Assembly: GCA_012862495.1 (NCBI GenBank)
Contig: BLSG01000197.1
Location: 186,748-237,964, forward strand
Direction: 5' to 3'
DNA from: Thraustochytrium aureum
Lineage: Eukaryota
Length of the DNA: 51,217 bases
The notes beneath the pieces were generated by a model. The model searched no databases and was not told the origin of the DNA. It saw only the letters and a program-made list of their open reading frames with translations. Shown here piece by piece: positions 46,774-51,217 of this stretch (position 1 is its first letter; each line of letters starts with the position of its first letter). A program made the translations under genes and the position numbers.

Positions 46774-47693
46774 ATGAGCGAGCAAGTGGCTGAGACGTTC
46801 ATGGCGGTCGCCAGCCCGCTGAGCTTTTTCTCGGCCATCAAGGCACTGGTAACAAGCCCAAGACGAATGGCGGCGTTCTTCGTCTCGCTGTGGCTCACCG
46901 GCAAGATCACAGGCAACGAACTGGTCAGACTGACCAAGGACCGGCGCGTCGTCTTCTTTTTCCCGATGTTCGTCTACGATCTGACGGCGAGGCTGGCGTG
47001 GTTTATCAACTACCTGATCAACCTGGCGCCCAAGCTGCAGCCGTCTTGCCCCGACTGGAACTCGGACAAGGCAATCGGCCCAAGCGAAATCGCCAACGCC
47101 CCCGGCGCCCTCACGCAGGAGCAACTGGCCGCGCTTCGCGCCGATATCCTTGCGCGCAAGGACCGCCGGTTCGAGGAGAAGGCCGTAGTTCAGCTGTTCG
47201 ACACGCTCAACCCCGCCTCGAACGACGCGATGATCGGCAAAACCTGGAACGGCTGGATCGTGCGGACCACGTCGGTGCTCGACCTCGCCAGCTTCTGCCT
47301 CGTGCGCCCGCTCCAGATGCTCGGCTTCAACTGGGGAAAGCGGTACTGCACGCAGTTTGTCGGCGACCCGCTGCTCGTGAGGTGGATGGACTTGATCTAC
47401 TTTCCGCTTCCAGCGTGGGGCAACGTGCAGATCCAGGAGATCGACTACCGTGGCAAGAACCAGGCCACGATGCGCTACGACCACCAGCCGTGGAGCGACT
47501 ATGTAAGTTTGGGGGCTTTTCCCTTCCCGCTCGTGAGTGCGAGCGAGCGCTGACTTTGCTCTCTCGCGCGCAGTTCCGCGTCCTCGACGACGGCTCCGAG
47601 AGCGGCCAGGTTGTCATGCTTGGCGTCTGGTGCGCCCGGGAGAAGAACGGCGGCTGGTTCACGCTCACCTTCGAGCCGAACGTGCAGGTGTGA
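46774..47693 (+). CDS. GXWXG-domain/DUF4334 protein with an N-terminal hydrophobic extension; exons 46774-47502 and 47574-47693
   Basis: LFDTL...MIGKTWNG, WGKRY, DPLL and YRGKNQATMRYDHQPWSDY|FRVLDD...VMLG. A 71-nt intron GTAAGT...GCTGAC...CAG restores the frame. Confidence 0.82.
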
Positions 47694-48163
47694 GAGGCGC
47701 CCCGCGCGCTCCATGGAAAGAGAGTGCGCCAACGGGCACCACGCGGGCGACCCGTGCACGAACGATCGACAACCAGCAGCAGCTCGCTGGCGTTGCGTGC
47801 ATATCGGCAATGCAGGAAGAGAGATGGAGTTGCCAACAGCGCCAACATTGCTCGGGCCGTTTCCCAAAGTCTTTCAATCTCATTAAAGATCAATTTCAAT
47901 GAGAAACTTCCCGTAGAGTTTGACTTTGTGCCCGGCGCGACTGGTTGCCAGAGTCGCAGCGCCAACCAGACGCCAGAATAATTCGGACGAGCGTGGCGCT
48001 CTGCGAGCCGCGAGGCCCCGCCTTTACACGAGTGCGTTCCTGCGCCAACGAAGGGCAGCGCGGTGGCGGCCCAGCCCAGCCCGCCGGGTCCTTTTGTGTT
48101 TCGCCTTTCCGCACAAGCGAGACGTGCACTGCGCGAGGTCAGCCCAATCGTCGAGATCGAGAA

Positions 48164-50693
48164 ATGGCAGACGCCGCCGCTCCGGCCAAGGCTGCCGAGA
48201 CGAGCAAGCCTCGGCGAAAGAAGGCGCGATGGTCCAACAGCAAGAAGCGCAAAGCGCACAACATTGAGGCGCCCGAGAAGGAGCAGAAGAGCCCCGCCCA
48301 ACCCAAAGGCAAGGGCAAGGGGGAAAAGCCCAGGCCCGACGATGTAGAGAGTGCCACCGACGGTGGCGCCGAGGTCCTGGCCAACTCTGTCGAGGACTTT
48401 GACGCGCTGCCCTGGCAACCGGTAAAACTAGGCGATGACAAGGAGGACCTTGAGGTGGGCGGCGGCGAGGAGGCCGTCTTTGCCTTCGAGGAGTTGCCTG
48501 CGAACCAGTACACAGTCGTCAACGGCAAGCTTGTCTTCAAGGGGGTTCAACCAAGTAAGGAGGTTGAGCCTGCGAAGAAGAACAAGGCGTCCAAACCCAA
48601 AGTGGATTCCAAACCCAAAGTGGATGCGGGGCCAAAAGCCGCCGAGCTGGCCAATCCAAGTGCAAAGGATACCCCGGCTGTCGAGAGCGCACAAGCCACG
48701 GCCGAGGGCAAGCCCGAGGCAAAGCGCAAGTCGAAGACGGCAAAGGATACCCCGGCTGTCGAGCGCGCACAAGCCACGGCGGAGGGCGAGCCCGAGGCAA
48801 AGCGCAAGTCCAAGTCGGCGAAGAAACGCAAGCGCCAGGATTCGGACGCTGGCGAAGGCGCGATCGCAGCTGAGACGAGCCTCGAGTCGCGCCAGGACGT
48901 GCTCGCAACAGCGCCAGTCGGCATGGAAGGCTGGATCGAGTTTGGCCTTGCAAACCCGCTCCTTCACGGTCTTGCCAAGCTCGGTTACGACATGCCGACG
49001 GAAATTCAGCGGCTTTGCCTCCCCAAGGCCGTGCGGGGCGTCGACGTGCTCGGCTGCGCCGAGACCGGTTCTGGTAAAACGCTCGCGTTTGGGCTCCCGA
49101 TTCTCAACGCGCTAATCACGAGGCCGGTTGACGCGGACGACGGTCTCGCAGCGCTCATCTTGGCACCTACACGCGAGCTTGCTGTCCAGATCGCCTCGCA
49201 CCTCGACGCGGTGCTCGGCGCGTACCCCGGGAAGCGCAAGCCTGTCCGCGTTGGCCGACTCCTTGGTGGAATGTCCATGCCCAAGCAGGAGCGCGTCCTG
49301 TCTCAGCGGCCTGAGATCGTCGTGGCGACTCCGGGGCGTCTCATGGCGCTTGTCCGCGACGGCATCGAGCACCTCTCCAAGCTCACCACGACGCTGAGGT
49401 TTCTAGTTGTGGACGAAGCAGACCGCATGTTTGATCAGGGCCACTTCCCCGACCTGAAGCCCCTGATCGAGCTCTTTGAGCGCTCCAAAGCCGCGGTCGA
49501 GGCTGGCACGAACCCAAAGCCAAAATACAAGCGCCAAACACTGCTCTTCAGCGCAACGCTGATGCTCACTTCGGCGCAAACGCCAAAGGGGAAGAAACAG
49601 CGCGTAAAGAAGCCCAAGCAGGCGGGCAAAGGCGGTCCGCGAGCTGCCGCCGAGGAAAAAGTCGCCGCTCCTCGAGCTGATGGAGCGCATTGGGTGCCGC
49701 GGCAAGCCCGCGACCTGCGAGGTGAGCCGGTCGTCGCGGCCCGCGACCGACGATGCCGAACCGGAGGACCCGGCGGGGGCCCAGGCGGCGCGCACGGACC
49801 GCGTCGAGCTCCCGAAGGGCCTCTCGCTGTGCAGCGTCGAATGCATAGACACCGCCAAAGACTACTACCTGTACTACTTTGCGACGCAGTTTCCGGGGCG
49901 CACGCTCGTGTTCGTCAACACAATCTCAGTCCTGCGGCGCGTTTCGGAGCTCCTCAAGCTTTTGGAAGTGGACAACGTGACGACGCTGCACGCGCACATG
50001 CAGCAGCGGCAGCGGCTTCAGCACCTGGAAAAGTTTACGAATTCAGACCAAGGCATCCTTATCGCCACCGACGTTGCCGCGCGCGGTCTCGATATCAAGA
50101 ACATCCGATACGTGATTCACTATTCGATTCCCAAGAACGCCGACGTCTTTGTGCACCGTTCGGGACGCACAGCGCGCGCAGCAACCAAGGGCCTGTGTCT
50201 CGCGCTCGTCGGGCCAACCGAGCTGCGGGCTTTTGCCAAAGCCCAGAGCGTCGTCGGCGAGGACCGGTTTTCTGAGTTTCCTGTGCAAATGTCGCTGTTC
50301 CCGCAGATTAAGGAGCGCGTCACCATCGCTCGTCGCGTCGAGCTCTTGCAGCGCCGCAAGCACGAGATTAAGGCTGACAAAGACTGGTTTTACAACCAGG
50401 CAAAGGCCGCCGACATCGAGCTGGACGTGGACATTGCGGACGTGTTTGACGAGGGCGAGGGGGCCGAGGAGCGCAACATTTCGAAGCGCGAGCGCGCGCA
50501 GCGAGACAAGGAGCTTGCAAGCCTCAAGGTGCGCCTTTCCAACATGCTGCAGTCGCGCATGCTCGCGCACTTCACTTCCACCAAGTACGTGGCGGCCGAC
50601 CCGCGCGTCGCGCAGGGCCGCAGGGCCGACGAGATTTTGAGCGGCGCCGCTCGCGACGCCCAAAAAGAGTTGGACGATTCGCGCGGCCTCTAG
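48164..50693 (+). CDS. DDX24: DEAD-box RNA helicase DDX24/MAK5; one frameshift at about 49620-49660
   Basis: PTEIQ, AETGSGKTLAFG, APTRELA, VATPGRL, VDEADRM, FSATL, KDYYLYYF...PGRTLVFVNTI, LHAHMQQRQRL, TDVAARGLDI and HRSGRTAR. Confidence 0.92.
48662..48810 (+). repeat. 78-bp (26-aa) two-copy tandem repeat in the DDX24 N-terminal extension
   Basis: AKDTPAVE.AQATAEG.PEAKRKSK at 48662 and 48740. Confidence 0.9.
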
Positions 50694-50895
50694 GCCTCTC
50701 GGAATCGCCAGCGCCTGTGGTCGCGCTATGCTGCTGCTGCTGCTGCTGCTTTTCTTTCATTTGTTCGAAATAAAGTTCTTGATCAAGCAAAAGATCAATC
50801 AAGAATACGTTACAATGTGTAAGGAAAGATAACACATGTTGCATCGGTGCGCGGGGCGGCTTGCTGTCTCCCGGAGGCGGCAGTCTCGCCGCCAC

Positions 50896-51217
50896 TTACG
50901 GCAGGTACGAGCTGGACTTGCGCAGGCAGGCGCGCTTAGCCTGCATGTAAATAACGCCAAAAGGGCCGTACAAGGTGCAGTAGTATACCGGCATGTTGAG
51001 AAAGTAGGGGTCGAGCCGCAGCACGCCCTCCACCACGGAAACGAGCACCAGCATCGCAAAGCTGATCAAAACGGCGACAAGCGGAAACATGGGGAGCGCC
51101 AGCAGGAGCGACTGCGCCACGACGGCCAGCAGCTCGAGCGCGCCCAGCTGCGGGCAATAACGGCGCGCATCAAAGTAAAACACCGCGCCGTACCCGACCA
51201 CGGCGCAAAGCGCCTTG
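50896..51217 (-). CDS. 3' part of a hypothetical multi-pass membrane protein, truncated by the window edge
   Basis: Open frame to the edge with hydrophobic segments LLAVVAQSLLLALPMFPLVAVLISFAMLVLVSVV and PVYYCTLYGPFGVIY. Convergent with DDX24 across an AT-rich 3' region. Confidence 0.65.
   Translation of the reverse strand, partial: KALCAVVGYGAVFYFDARRYCPQLGALELLAVVAQSLLLALPMFPLVAVLISFAMLVLVSVVEGVLRLDPYFLNMPVYYCTLYGPFGVIYMQAKRACLRKSSSYLP

Overview
A GC-rich, gene-dense, intron-poor eukaryotic nuclear scaffold with GT-AG spliceosomal introns, 18 N-gaps and many apparent 1-2 nt indels. Gene content and style suggest a stramenopile protist, possibly a labyrinthulomycete/thraustochytrid (inference only). 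In order, the recognisable genes are: an F-box protein, a CAMK-group Ser/Thr kinase with a long helical tail, a SWR1/Domino remodeller apparently extended by WW, F-box, Tudor and beta-helix domains, adenylate kinase, a THUMP-domain protein, CENP-E-like kinesin-7 ending in a CAAX box, a tail-anchored protein with a LIR-like motif, a membrane-anchored pectinacetylesterase/Notum-family esterase, an ePHD (Jade/BRPF-type) protein, a three-repeat Myb factor, a RUN-ELMOD-TLDc multidomain protein, a GXWXG/DUF4334 protein, DDX24/MAK5 helicase and a truncated membrane protein. I found no rRNA, tRNA, CRISPR array or recognisable transposase. The best novelty candidates are the RUN-ELMOD-TLDc fusion, the SWR1-WW-F-box-Tudor-beta-helix fusion and the BNIP3/NIX-like autophagy receptor candidate. 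All domain calls are by eye, from motif recognition; no database search was run.
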